The notes below the pieces were generated by a model that saw only the letters and a list, made by a program, of their open reading frames with translations, searched no databases and was not told the origin of the DNA. Source: an uncultured Candidatus Saccharibacteria bacterium (lineage in GTDB: Bacteria; Patescibacteriota; Minisyncoccia; Phycocordibacterales; DATGWK01). Taken from it: DNA of 64,000 bases. The translations under genes and the position numbers were made by a program. Every line of letters begins with the position of its first letter. The stretch's first letter is position 1. The DNA is taken from positions 842-64,841 of the forward strand of contig CAYHIR010000004.1 in NCBI GenBank assembly GCA_964356815.1, in the 5' to 3' direction. Below are positions 49,332-57,655 of the stretch, in pieces.

Positions 49332-49604
49332 TTACCCCTTCTTTTTCAACTCCAGCTTCTTCACAAGTGCATTATAACGGCTAGCGCTCTTTTTCTGAAG
49401 ATATTTCATGTGCTTTTGACGATTGGCAACCATAGCTAAGAGGCCACGACGAGAATGTTTGTCGTTGGTGTTTTTCTTCAAATGACTAGCCAATTCTTCG
49501 ATTCGCTTGCTTATAATGGCAATTTGCACCTCCGGTGAGCCGGTATCGGTGTCGTGAATCTTGACTTCTTTGATAGTTCGTTGTTTTTTTGTCTTGGTTA
49601 ACAT
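49332..49604 (-). CDS. rpsO: 30S ribosomal protein S15
   Basis: GSPEVQIAIISKRIEELASHLKKNTNDKHSRRGLL is the S15 signature. Confidence 0.9.
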   Translation of the reverse strand: MLTKTKKQRTIKEVKIHDTDTGSPEVQIAIISKRIEELASHLKKNTNDKHSRRGLLAMVANRQKHMKYLQKKSASRYNALVKKLELKKKG

Positions 49605-49689
49605 TGCCGAGCAATCTTATCACAAAAGGTAAAAGTTGTAAACTGCGGCCAAAATTAAAGAGAAACCCCAGTGCCGATGGCTACTGGGG

Positions 49690-49884
49690 TCATTGGAGGC
49701 GTCTCACGAGGTGGAGCTTTTCGGCCAGTACCATTAGGATGGTGTATAGCAGGGCGAAGAGGAAAACAGCCAAAAAAGCTAGAGCAGCGATGTTGGAAAC
49801 GAGGAAGTTTTTGCCCGTGAGTGGCACATCGATGTCGCCTACCCGCTCGAAGGGTCTGGCGAGAGCTTTGCTGAGTCGGCTCAT
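49690..49884 (-). CDS. Small hydrophobic peptide (64 aa), second of a coupled pair
   Basis: Single TM helix. Start overlaps the stop of the upstream 50-aa ORF (ATGA). Confidence 0.3.
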   Translation of the reverse strand: MSRLSKALARPFERVGDIDVPLTGKNFLVSNIAALAFLAVFLFALLYTILMVLAEKLHLVRRLQ

Positions 49885-50033
49885 TTCTGAACTCCTTGTT
49901 TGTCACCCGCCCTTATTCCTGGCATAAGGGCATTCTTCACAAAAAAGGCCAGGCCAATCATGATGGACAGAAACAAGACAATTTCAAGCACCGATATTCT
50001 GGGGAACGACCAGCCGGTTCTATTTTTCGACAT
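49881..50033 (-). CDS. Small hydrophobic peptide (50 aa), first of a coupled pair
   Basis: Manual translation gives MSKNRTGWSFPRISVLEIVLFLSIMIGLAFFVKNALMPGIRAGDKQGVQK. Single TM helix; not in the ORF track. Confidence 0.25.
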   Translation of the reverse strand: MSKNRTGWSFPRISVLEIVLFLSIMIGLAFFVKNALMPGIRAGDKQGVQK

Positions 50034-50136
50034 ACAGCCAGTCCTTTCCTTGAGTCGTACGTTGCGGTGTGATTGGCGACATTCGCCTTTCTGTCTGCCA
50101 CAATTATCTAATTAAAAACAGCTCGTTGTCAATGGC

Positions 50137-51141
50137 GTGTCGCACAATGCTATAATTTTCGTAATGAAACTCTCGGAGCTCAAGCGTGAATTTTTGGAAT
50201 ATGTGGAAATTGAGCGTGGCCGTTCGCTCAAAACTGTCGAAAATTATGATCTCTATCTCACCCGCTTTCTTGAGTTTGCGAAAACGGAAAATCCTAAAGC
50301 TCTCACAGAAAATTTGCTCCGCGAATATCGCCTTTGGCTCAATCGACAGTCTGTGGGCGCACGCGGTGGTGCTGGCTCTAGCTCGGCTCGCGCGGCTGGT
50401 GGTGGCGCGCCCGCGACACTCAAAAAAAAGACGCAGAATTATTATCTCATCGCTCTGCGGGCGTTTCTAAAATATTTGGCAAAGCGTGGCGTTGTTTCCC
50501 TCTCGCCCGATAAAATAGAGCTCGCAAAAGTGCCAGAACGTTCGCTCGATCTCATTTCTCCGGAAGAATTAGAGCGACTTATGGCCGCGCCACAAGGCGA
50601 CGATTTGAAAACTTTGCGCGATCGCGCCATGCTCGAGCTCCTATTCTCTACCGGTCTGCGTGTCTCTGAGCTCTGCTCTCTCACTTGCGACATAAACTTA
50701 AAAAATGATGAGCTCTCGGTGCGCGGCAAGGGCGAAAAAATTCGCGTCGTTTTTATTTCTCCGTCTGCAAAAGAGGCTCTCAAAAAATATTTAGACAAAC
50801 GCACGGATATGGCCGAGCCGCTCTTTGTGCAATTTGGGAAAAATGGCGGCGACAAAGGCGGCGGTGAAAAATCTGCCGGAAAAAGTGGCGATGGCGCGCT
50901 CACTCCCCGTTCTGTGGAAAGAATCATTAAGCACTATGCGATAAAAGCCGGTATTACTAGAAAAGTCACGCCGCATGTTATTCGTCACAGCTTCGCCACA
51001 GACCTTCTCCGCAATGGCGCCGATCTTCGTTCTGTGCAAATGCTTCTCGGTCATGCAAATATCGGCACGACACAAATTTACACCCACATTACAGATAAAG
51101 AATTACGCGAGGTTCATAAAAAATTTCACAATAAAAATTGA
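50137..51141 (+). CDS. Tyrosine recombinase XerC/XerD family
   Basis: N-terminal SAM-like domain. C-terminal catalytic HVIRHSFAT..LLGHANIGTTQIYTH. Contains unusual Gly/Ala-rich insertions. Confidence 0.85.
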   Translation: MSHNAIIFVMKLSELKREFLEYVEIERGRSLKTVENYDLYLTRFLEFAKTENPKALTENLLREYRLWLNRQSVGARGGAGSSSARAAGGGAPATLKKKTQNYYLIALRAFLKYLAKRGVVSLSPDKIELAKVPERSLDLISPEELERLMAAPQGDDLKTLRDRAMLELLFSTGLRVSELCSLTCDINLKNDELSVRGKGEKIRVVFISPSAKEALKKYLDKRTDMAEPLFVQFGKNGGDKGGGEKSAGKSGDGALTPRSVERIIKHYAIKAGITRKVTPHVIRHSFATDLLRNGADLRSVQMLLGHANIGTTQIYTHITDKELREVHKKFHNKN

Positions 51142-51187
51142 AATGTGCTGATATGTTTAGCGCCATGTCCGCCGTGAAATTTTTGCA

Positions 51188-51230
51188 AGAAAAAAACCGG
51201 ATCGGCACTCAGAGAGCGCCAGATCCGGCT
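51188..51230 (-). terminator. Rho-independent terminator (GCCGGATC..GATCCGG hairpin + T7 on minus strand)
   Basis: Perfect 7-8 bp GC-rich stem followed by TTTTTTT on the minus strand. It is downstream of 51299..51874(-) and also between it and the xerC-family gene. Confidence 0.55.
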
Positions 51231-51298
51231 TCCGGGGGGCAAGATGAACTAAAGGAACTGACAGTATCCTAGCTCTAGGCTTAGGATTTGTCAACCGG

Positions 51299-51874
51299 TC
51301 AGCGGTCGCCAAGGTCACGTTTTGCCTGATCGTCGATGAACAGGTTGAGCTCTTCTCCCATTTTGGCGAGTAGCCTGATGTGCTCTGTCCCGCCATCTGA
51401 TAAGACAATCACTCCCTTTTCTCCGTACTCATCACCCCAGAAAGTTTCGATGCTTCCGGTCCAGCTCATAGCATCGAGCGTGCCGTCCTTCTCTTTGTGA
51501 ACCCAGAAGACTGTCTCGACATCGCCCGTCTTGTAGAAAAGGATGTCGTCGATCTTCACCCTCATCGCCAAGAGTCTTTTGCCGACATCGATCTTCCTCT
51601 GCTTCACCTGTTCGGTTTGTTGTTGCTGAAGACCCTCTAGCGTCACTCCTCCATCCCCTTCGAAGCCTTGGTGGAGTAGAGCGACGGCGAGAGCAACAGA
51701 AACGGCCACCGCTAACATCGTTATCGCCAATCCATCCCATGACCGTTTTTTGTGGACCGGCTGACCGAAGACTCCGTTGTTTGCGTAGGTATCGGTGCGG
51801 ACGCATTTGCAACGTCCGTCACAGCGACGACACCCATCGGTGATAGCGAAACTTCTTGACGAGCTCATACCCAC
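51299..51874 (-). CDS. Hypothetical membrane-anchored protein with N-terminal Cys cluster
   Basis: CRRCDGRCKC, then a TM helix LAITMLAVAVSVALAVALL. Locally GC-rich. Confidence 0.4.
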   Translation of the reverse strand: MGMSSSRSFAITDGCRRCDGRCKCVRTDTYANNGVFGQPVHKKRSWDGLAITMLAVAVSVALAVALLHQGFEGDGGVTLEGLQQQQTEQVKQRKIDVGKRLLAMRVKIDDILFYKTGDVETVFWVHKEKDGTLDAMSWTGSIETFWGDEYGEKGVIVLSDGGTEHIRLLAKMGEELNLFIDDQAKRDLGDR

Positions 51875-51984
51875 CTCCCATTCTCGTGTTTTCCCGTGTG
51901 CTTTTTTGGCTACTTACGTTCGCCAAATTTCACCAGACTTCGTCAATTCCAGCTTTAGGCTAACCTTTCTGTTACAATTTATCA

Positions 51985-52791
51985 ATGATTAAAATAATCT
52001 CCTGGAATGTAAACGGCATTCGCGCCATCCACAAAAAAGGCAAATGGGCGGAAATTTTAGCTGAAGACCCAGATATTCTTTGCCTCCAGGAAACCAAAGC
52101 CAATCCAGATCAACTCGGCGAAGACATTCTCCATCCGCCCGGCTACGAATCCTTTTTCGATTTTCCTAAAGTAAAAAAAGGTTATAGCGGCGTGGCTATT
52201 TATGTAAAAACGGGCAAAGTTGCCGCGACAAAAAAAATCCAGCCACAAAAAGTCGAATACATCATGGGCGTGCCGACTCTCGACGACGAGGGTCGTCTCA
52301 TCGCTGTCTATTTCGAAAATTTTTGCCTCATAAACGTCTATTTCCCTAATGGCGGTGGTGGCCCGGAGCGACTCAAATACAAGCTCGATTTTTATAAAGA
52401 ATTTCTAAAGTTTATCCAAAAAACCCGAAAAACCCAGCCAAATATAGTGTTTTGCGGCGACATAAACACGGCTCACAACGAAATCGACCTCGCTCGACCA
52501 AAAGAAAATTCAGAAAACACAGGCTTCTTGCCTATTGAGCGCGCGTGGCTCGATGAAGTTGTCGCCGCGGGCTATGTCGATACTTTTCGTTACTTCTTCC
52601 CCACTACAGCGAGTGCTTACACATATTGGGATATGAAAACTTTTGCTCGCGAAAGAAATGTTGGTTGGCGCATCGATTATTTTTTTGTTTCAAAAGAATT
52701 TTTGCCACACATCAAATCCACAAAAATTCACGAAGATTTTTTTGGCTCCGACCACTGCCCGATTTCTATCGAGGTAAATTTAGACAAATAA
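51985..52791 (+). CDS. xth: Exodeoxyribonuclease III (AP endonuclease)
   Basis: IISWNVNGIRA..CLQETK N-terminus. C-terminal SDHCPI. Confidence 0.9.
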   Translation: MIKIISWNVNGIRAIHKKGKWAEILAEDPDILCLQETKANPDQLGEDILHPPGYESFFDFPKVKKGYSGVAIYVKTGKVAATKKIQPQKVEYIMGVPTLDDEGRLIAVYFENFCLINVYFPNGGGGPERLKYKLDFYKEFLKFIQKTRKTQPNIVFCGDINTAHNEIDLARPKENSENTGFLPIERAWLDEVVAAGYVDTFRYFFPTTASAYTYWDMKTFARERNVGWRIDYFFVSKEFLPHIKSTKIHEDFFGSDHCPISIEVNLDK

Positions 52792-52823
52792 AGTCGTCAG
52801 CTTTTTCCGCGCTGCCGGTGCTT

Positions 52824-53038
52824 TATAAAGGACAAAGTTGACATAAAAAGACAAGTTATCCCCAACCGCGCAAGCAAAATGTCTTTTATTATTTTGCACC
52901 GGTGTTAGTATAAAGGACAGAGGTTCGGTTGGATGTCCCAGACTCTATCTCGGGCGGAATTCCGAACATTGGTTCTTTCGAAGAGTGGTGCACACTCACG
53001 AAAGGTTTTTCTGGTAAAGGACATAATTACGGGGTATG
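52824..53038. repeat. TATAAAGGACA motif copies in the xth-cca intergenic region (52824, 52909; variant GTAAAGGACAT 53024)
   Basis: Exact 11-mer TATAAAGGACA occurs twice plus one variant within a 215 bp stretch of a 500 bp non-coding gap. Confidence 0.45.
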
Positions 53039-53290
53039 TATATCTCTCAACCATATCCTTTATAAAAGAAGATATCGCTTCGATTATCTCTCTCACTGGA
53101 TGACGCTTTCACAACCGCCTGAGCCATCGCCTTTGGATTCGGGCGGTTTCTTTTTGCCAAAATTTTACTCGTTTTTTCTAAGGTTTCGTTAGTTGGATTT
53201 TGAGTCACTCTCGGAGGCCGACGGGCCGAGAGTGAGTGAAAATTTTAGCAAAAAATTTATCGCGGTGACGAAAAATGCAACTAACGAAAC

Positions 53291-54853
53291 CTATTCCACC
53301 CAGTGCCTTTTCCTTATTTCCCCCACAGCCTTATCCTCCTCCTCTTTCTTTTTAGCTTTTCCAGCGTCGCCAATTTTTTGGAGTTCGGTGTCGCTTAGGC
53401 CAGCGAATTCACCGGCGAGTTTTTCGAGTTTTTCGGCCTCGTTCAACTTTGGATCCTCGAGCACTTCCTCTAAGAGAGCGTGCAAAATATAGCCGATTCT
53501 CGGTCCTGGCTTCTCGTCGGCCACCTCGATGATTTTCGCACCGTTTATCTTGAGCATGGCGACAGAAATCGGGTCGCGCATCGCTTCGTCTACCATAGAG
53601 TGGTATTTGCGGAGGCGATATGGGCTCTCTTTCGGCCGGCCGGTGCCAATACGGTCGCAAATGCGTACATTCATAAGGTCCCAGACATTTTCAGGGCCAA
53701 CATTAGCCACCAAACGGCGCACGGCCGAAAGCGTGATCTTCTCTGTATCCGAGAAAAACATATGCCAACGCACCAGTTTCACTACCCTATCAATCAAATC
53801 ATTCGGATATTTGAGGTTTTTTAGCACCTGTTCGGCCACGCGTGCGCCCACCACATCGTGTCCGTGAAACGTCCAGTCTTTCTTTTCGTCAGACCAACGG
53901 CGCGTCTCAGGCTTGGAAATATCATGAAGCAGAGCCGCCAAACGAATATGCAAAGGCCAGCCTTTCTTGGCTGAGTGCTCCAGTGTCTTTAAGAGATGTG
54001 TCCATACATCAAATGAATGAGCCTGATTTTGTTTCACATCAATCGCGGCCGGTAGCTCAGGAATTATAAAGGACAAAATGCCGAGCTCTTGGCATAGCTC
54101 AATCGCCTCTTTTGGGTGTGGCGACATAATAATCCGCGAAAATTCCTCACGGACACGCTCTTTGGCAATGTGTTTGAGCAGACCAGCATGTTCTTTCATC
54201 GCCGCTTGGGTCGCCGGGTCTATAGAGAAGCCAAGCTCAGCATGAATACGTACGGCACGCAAAATACGAAGCGCGTCCTCACTAAATCGCTCTGTCGGCT
54301 CCCCCACTGCCCGCACAATCTTCTTGTCTAAATCTTTCAAACCATCAAAAAGGTCAACAATCTGGCCATTTTCTACATCGTAAGCCACAGCATTGAATGT
54401 GAAATCACGTCTTTTAAGATCGTCCTCAATTTTTTTGCTAAAGGACACTTTATCCGGCCGACGTTTGTCCGAATAACCAGATTCTACTCTGTACGGTGTG
54501 ACCTCAATGACTTTTAGAGACTCATCTATCGGCGCGGCCGTTACTTCATCGCCATCACCTGCGTCTTTCGCGGCCGCTCCTGTCTCCTCATTCACCACAC
54601 CCACCGTGCCGTAATCGTTTTCGTAAAAAGTCTTTGGGAATATGGCCACGATTTGCTCTGGAGTCGCATTGGTGGTGACATCCCAATCTTTTGGCGTTCT
54701 ACCAATAAACAGGTCGCGCACGCAGCCACCGACGATATAGGCCTCGTAGCCATGCTTTTTGAGCGTACTTGTGACTTGCGCAACTTCTTTTGGGATGGAG
54801 AAAGTGTCAGGACTGATTTTTGCGGTCGATTTCATTATCACAAATCTTATCAC
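53291..54853 (-). CDS. cca: CCA-adding tRNA nucleotidyltransferase with HD domain
   Basis: GGCVRDLFIG..DWDVTT polymerase-beta head. C-terminal HD domain (HDISK). Confidence 0.85.
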   Translation of the reverse strand: MIRFVIMKSTAKISPDTFSIPKEVAQVTSTLKKHGYEAYIVGGCVRDLFIGRTPKDWDVTTNATPEQIVAIFPKTFYENDYGTVGVVNEETGAAAKDAGDGDEVTAAPIDESLKVIEVTPYRVESGYSDKRRPDKVSFSKKIEDDLKRRDFTFNAVAYDVENGQIVDLFDGLKDLDKKIVRAVGEPTERFSEDALRILRAVRIHAELGFSIDPATQAAMKEHAGLLKHIAKERVREEFSRIIMSPHPKEAIELCQELGILSFIIPELPAAIDVKQNQAHSFDVWTHLLKTLEHSAKKGWPLHIRLAALLHDISKPETRRWSDEKKDWTFHGHDVVGARVAEQVLKNLKYPNDLIDRVVKLVRWHMFFSDTEKITLSAVRRLVANVGPENVWDLMNVRICDRIGTGRPKESPYRLRKYHSMVDEAMRDPISVAMLKINGAKIIEVADEKPGPRIGYILHALLEEVLEDPKLNEAEKLEKLAGEFAGLSDTELQKIGDAGKAKKKEEEDKAVGEIRKRHWVE

Positions 54854-54931
54854 CTCACAATTTTACTCACAAACTGAGATGATCGCTTGGCAAAAACTTT
54901 TGGTAGCGTATTATAACGAAGTGTAGGGTTT

Positions 54932-55003
54932 GCGCCCATGGTGAAATGGATATCACAAGCGACTTCGGATCGCTTATTGTGGGTTCGAGTCCTGCTGGGC
55001 GCA
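54932..55003 (+). tRNA. tRNA-Arg (anticodon TCG)
   Basis: Manual cloverleaf. Acceptor GCGCCCA/TGGGCGC, U8, D-arm, anticodon stem AGCGA/TCGCT, loop CTTCGGA, T-arm GTGGG-TTCGAGT-CCTGC. Confidence 0.7.
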
Positions 55004-55035
55004 CTGCGAAGACAGATATAAGACAAGTTTCATAC

Positions 55036-55106
55036 GCGGGTATGGTTTAGTGGTAGAATGCGTCCTTGCCAAGGACGAGACGAGAGTTCGATTCTCTCTA
55101 CCCGCA
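55036..55106 (+). tRNA. tRNA-Gly (anticodon GCC)
   Basis: Acceptor GCGGGTA/TACCCGC. Anticodon stem CGTCC/GGACG with loop TTGCCAA. T-loop GTTCGATTC. Confidence 0.85.
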
Positions 55107-55180
55107 CACTAAAGGACCATAGGGGTCAAAAGACAGTAAAAAGGCCAAAACTGTGGATAAGTCTGGGGACATGTGTATAA
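55098..55180. repeat. Further TAAAGGAC motif copies (CTAAAGGACCA 55100; TATAAAGGACAT 55166) directly after tRNA-Gly
   Basis: The same core recurs in the xth-cca gap and twice inside cca. Confidence 0.4.
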
Positions 55181-55265
55181 AGGACATTTTCGTAAAAGTC
55201 AGTGATTTTTTGTCCTATATCTATTAAATGGCTATAAACAAAGGTTTTTGAGAGTTTTCTCTGTG

Positions 55266-55385
55266 TTTCACGTGAAAAACGGTGCGTTTGAGACTGTTTT
55301 GGGGCAATTTTAGGCATATTTAAACGAAAAAGTGTTTCTTAAGAAACGTTTCGACCCTTCTCCTGGGGGGGTATTTCACGTGAAA
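55266..55385. repeat. Palindromic GTTTC-N4-GAAAC sites: TTTCACGTGAAA at 55266 and 55374; GTTTCTTAAGAAAC at 55333
   Basis: Three perfect 12-14 bp palindromes clustered within 180 bp upstream of the YraN-like gene start. Confidence 0.55.
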
Positions 55386-55445
55386 CGCCATCTTTAACCA
55401 TTCTTAAAGTTTTCTTTAGGGTGTTTATGCTAATTTTCTGTAATT

Positions 55446-56006
55446 ATGACCACAAAACAAATTTCAAAGAAGGTAAACGCTAGAAAATGGGCAATTATAA
55501 GGAATAAAAAGAAAAAGGAGGCATCTGGCGGATCTGAGAATCAAAAGCTAGGATTTGTAGGGGAACAGGTAACTAAGAAACATCTTTTGTCTAAAGGATT
55601 GGAGTTCGTTTCTTCCAATTTTCGCCGAAAATATGGCGAAATTGATCTAATAATGAAGGTTCCTGCTGGAGCTGGTGTGGCCGGTAGGGGCAGAGAAAGA
55701 CTGATGTTTTTCGAGGTCAAAACTGTTTCACGTGAAAGGTTCGATGGTTCTTTGGTGGGGAATCGGCCAGACATTTCACGTGAAACATCAAAAGGCCGCA
55801 CTTTTGGGGAGGGTTTTAATGATTATCGCCCCGAAGACAACGTTAGTGTCTCAAAAATTAGAAAGACTCGGAGGATTATAAAAATATGGCTGGAGGAGAA
55901 CAAAATGTCTGAATCGGCCGACTGGAGCTTTAATGTAGCGCTCGTGTATCTATCTAAGTCTGAAAAGAAGTTTTATATAAAGATTTTGTGGGATGTCATC
56001 CTCTGA
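55446..56006 (+). CDS. YraN-family (UPF0102) endonuclease-like protein with internal insertion
   Basis: LSKGLEFVSSNFRRKYGEIDLIM..LMFFEVKT matches the YraN core (GEIDLI..FVEVKTR). Two TTTCACGTGAAA palindromes lie inside the ORF. Confidence 0.5.
   Translation: MTTKQISKKVNARKWAIIRNKKKKEASGGSENQKLGFVGEQVTKKHLLSKGLEFVSSNFRRKYGEIDLIMKVPAGAGVAGRGRERLMFFEVKTVSRERFDGSLVGNRPDISRETSKGRTFGEGFNDYRPEDNVSVSKIRKTRRIIKIWLEENKMSESADWSFNVALVYLSKSEKKFYIKILWDVIL
55726..55785. repeat. Two more TTTCACGTGAAA palindromes (55726, 55774) inside the YraN-like coding sequence
   Basis: The identical 12-mer recurs 48 nt apart and flanks a ~16-codon segment that looks like an insertion. Confidence 0.5.
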
Positions 56007-56084
56007 TTTTCGATTTTCAATCTCCTATGCTACGATAGCCATTGTCCTTTAAGCGCAAAAACGCGCCGACGGCAACTAGCTAAA

Positions 56085-56156
56085 CGGGGCGTGGTGTAAC
56101 GGTAACATGCTTGACTTGGGATCAAGTGACTCCGGGTTCGAATCCCGGCGCCCCGA
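56085..56156 (+). tRNA. tRNA-Pro (anticodon TGG)
   Basis: Acceptor CGGGGCG/CGCCCCG, U8. Anticodon stem CTTGA/TCAAG with loop CTTGGGA. T-arm CCGGG-TTCGAAT-CCCGG. Confidence 0.85.
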
Positions 56157-56299
56157 AATCATATAGACCAGGGATTATTAAAACAAGGTTTTCCTTGACA
56201 TGGGCTGAAGGCTGTGATATTTTCTTTGAGTTATTGTATCAAAATGATAACCTCGCTACGGAGGGTCGTAGCAACAGTTCTTTCAAAAAGGAGGAAATC

Positions 56300-57064
56300 T
56301 TGGCTAGAATAAAATCAAAACAGACCACTCTCGCACCATTCTTGGTTGAGAGTGGGCAACGCGGCGGAAACATTTTTCGAGTCGTGTCTGTGGCTGATGG
56401 CGTAACTCGCGAGCAGATCGAAACGCTGCTTACGAAGTTACCGATCCGTTTTAAGATTCACAGGTTCCCGTCGTGTTATCAAGAGCACAGTATCAACGAG
56501 CCGCTCGAGGTTCATGTTGAAGGAAGTATCGTCTACATCTATCCAACTAAAGATCGGATCATCGCTTGCACGACGCTCGATTCGTGGGGATCTGCTGATG
56601 TGGTGAGTCAGATGCATGTCGACAACATGATGGACACGCTTAGTCCTGGCCGAGGACAGCTTCGAACGTGCATCCACTTCGACCCGAAAGTTCTCGGCAT
56701 TGAAGGTTGGCCAAACACCTCGGAGGCCACGGCTGAGCTTGAGGTCGATATCCATGTCTATTCGATTGGAAAGACGTTGGAGCCTCAGATGCGTCCGCCC
56801 CAACTCGACAAATTCCAGCTACGCGATCTTCTTCAACTGATCGCTGGAAAAGAGCGGTCAATCTCAGTCCGGCAATTTGATCGCTGGAGGGATCTGATCA
56901 TGTATTCCGTCGCACACATGCGATTTGTCTACGAAGGTATGCCGGGAGATGATCCTACCCGTGACTACTATGGAATGGTGTGGAGAGAGTTTGATGCGGC
57001 CACTGACAGCGAAGGTGTGGTTCGGGCACTGGATTCTCTTGTCAGTGCGATTAACTATCAGTGA
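56300..57064 (+). CDS. Hypothetical protein (TTG start with AAGGAGG RBS); the track ORF start at 56111 overlaps tRNA-Pro
   Basis: RBS AAGGAGG lies 5 nt before an in-frame TTG. GC content is higher than the flanks. No domain recognised. Confidence 0.4.
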   Translation: MARIKSKQTTLAPFLVESGQRGGNIFRVVSVADGVTREQIETLLTKLPIRFKIHRFPSCYQEHSINEPLEVHVEGSIVYIYPTKDRIIACTTLDSWGSADVVSQMHVDNMMDTLSPGRGQLRTCIHFDPKVLGIEGWPNTSEATAELEVDIHVYSIGKTLEPQMRPPQLDKFQLRDLLQLIAGKERSISVRQFDRWRDLIMYSVAHMRFVYEGMPGDDPTRDYYGMVWREFDAATDSEGVVRALDSLVSAINYQ

Positions 57065-57137
57065 CTCGTTTTGTTCGTTCTGCCAACTTCAAGAGCGCGT
57101 GTAGAGAAAAAAATCTATACGCGCCTTTTCATTTGAA

Positions 57138-57482
57138 GTGTTAAACTTAATAAACAATCTTATGTTCAAGAAAACCCGCGAAGATTTTAAGTGCGGCAAA
57201 TGTGGCCTGCCCATGGAAGGGGACGGTTTTACAAATCATTGCTCCGCGTGTTTGTGGAGCAAGCACGTTGATATTCATCCGGGCGATAGGGAAATGGTCG
57301 ACAAATGCGGTGGCTTTATGGAGCCGGTGCGCATCGAAGGTGGTACCGACGCGAAGGGTGATGTCACCAAATACACCATCGTGCATGTTTGTGAAAGTTG
57401 CGGCTTTGAGCGACGCAATAAGGTGTCGGAGCGTGACAATTTTGAAACTGTGCTTAATATAGTGGAAGAGGCGGCGAAATAG
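57138..57482 (+). CDS. Small Cys-rich zinc-ribbon protein (RNHCP-like)
   Basis: CGKCG..FTNHCSACLWSKHVD..CESCG Cys pairs. 114 aa. Confidence 0.4.
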   Translation: MLNLINNLMFKKTREDFKCGKCGLPMEGDGFTNHCSACLWSKHVDIHPGDREMVDKCGGFMEPVRIEGGTDAKGDVTKYTIVHVCESCGFERRNKVSERDNFETVLNIVEEAAK

Positions 57483-57500
57483 CTGTTGCCGCCGAAAATC

Positions 57501-57571
57501 GCGGGTATGGTTTAGTGGTAGAATGACTGCCTTCCAAGCAGTAGACGAGAGTTCGATTCTCTCTACCCGCA
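57501..57571 (+). tRNA. tRNA-Gly (anticodon TCC)
   Basis: Same acceptor, D and T arms as the GCC isoacceptor. Anticodon stem ACTGC/GCAGT with loop CTTCCAA. Confidence 0.85.
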
Positions 57572-57655
57572 CACTTTAGTTACAGAGATTGAGAGACTTT
57601 AAGTTGTTAGGTGGTTTTAATAAAGTATTTATTTAAGCTAGTATTGGAGGGATTT

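Noticed and set aside
50442-51087. Antisense ORFs 50442..50927 and 50791..51087 inside the Xer-like recombinase gene
   Set aside because: The recombinase frame has conserved catalytic motifs. The antisense frames are artefacts of locally high GC.
51432-51812. Arg-rich 126-aa ORF overlapping 51299..51874 in another frame
   Set aside because: Arg-rich translation of a GC-rich segment. The co-linear 191-aa frame, with its TM helix and Cys cluster, is the more plausible gene, though it too is only moderately supported.
52792-53290. Possible tmRNA, RNase P RNA or SRP RNA in the 500-bp gap between xth and cca
   Set aside because: None of the hallmark conserved sequences (RNase P GGAAAGTCCGG-like P4, tmRNA tag-reading frame plus T-arm, SRP GGAAG...domain IV) could be found by eye. 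This remains an open possibility, for covariance-model search only.
56111-56299. ATG start at 56111 for ORF 56111..57064
   Set aside because: That start lies inside tRNA-Pro (56085..56156). An in-frame TTG at 56300 with an AAGGAGG RBS is preferred.
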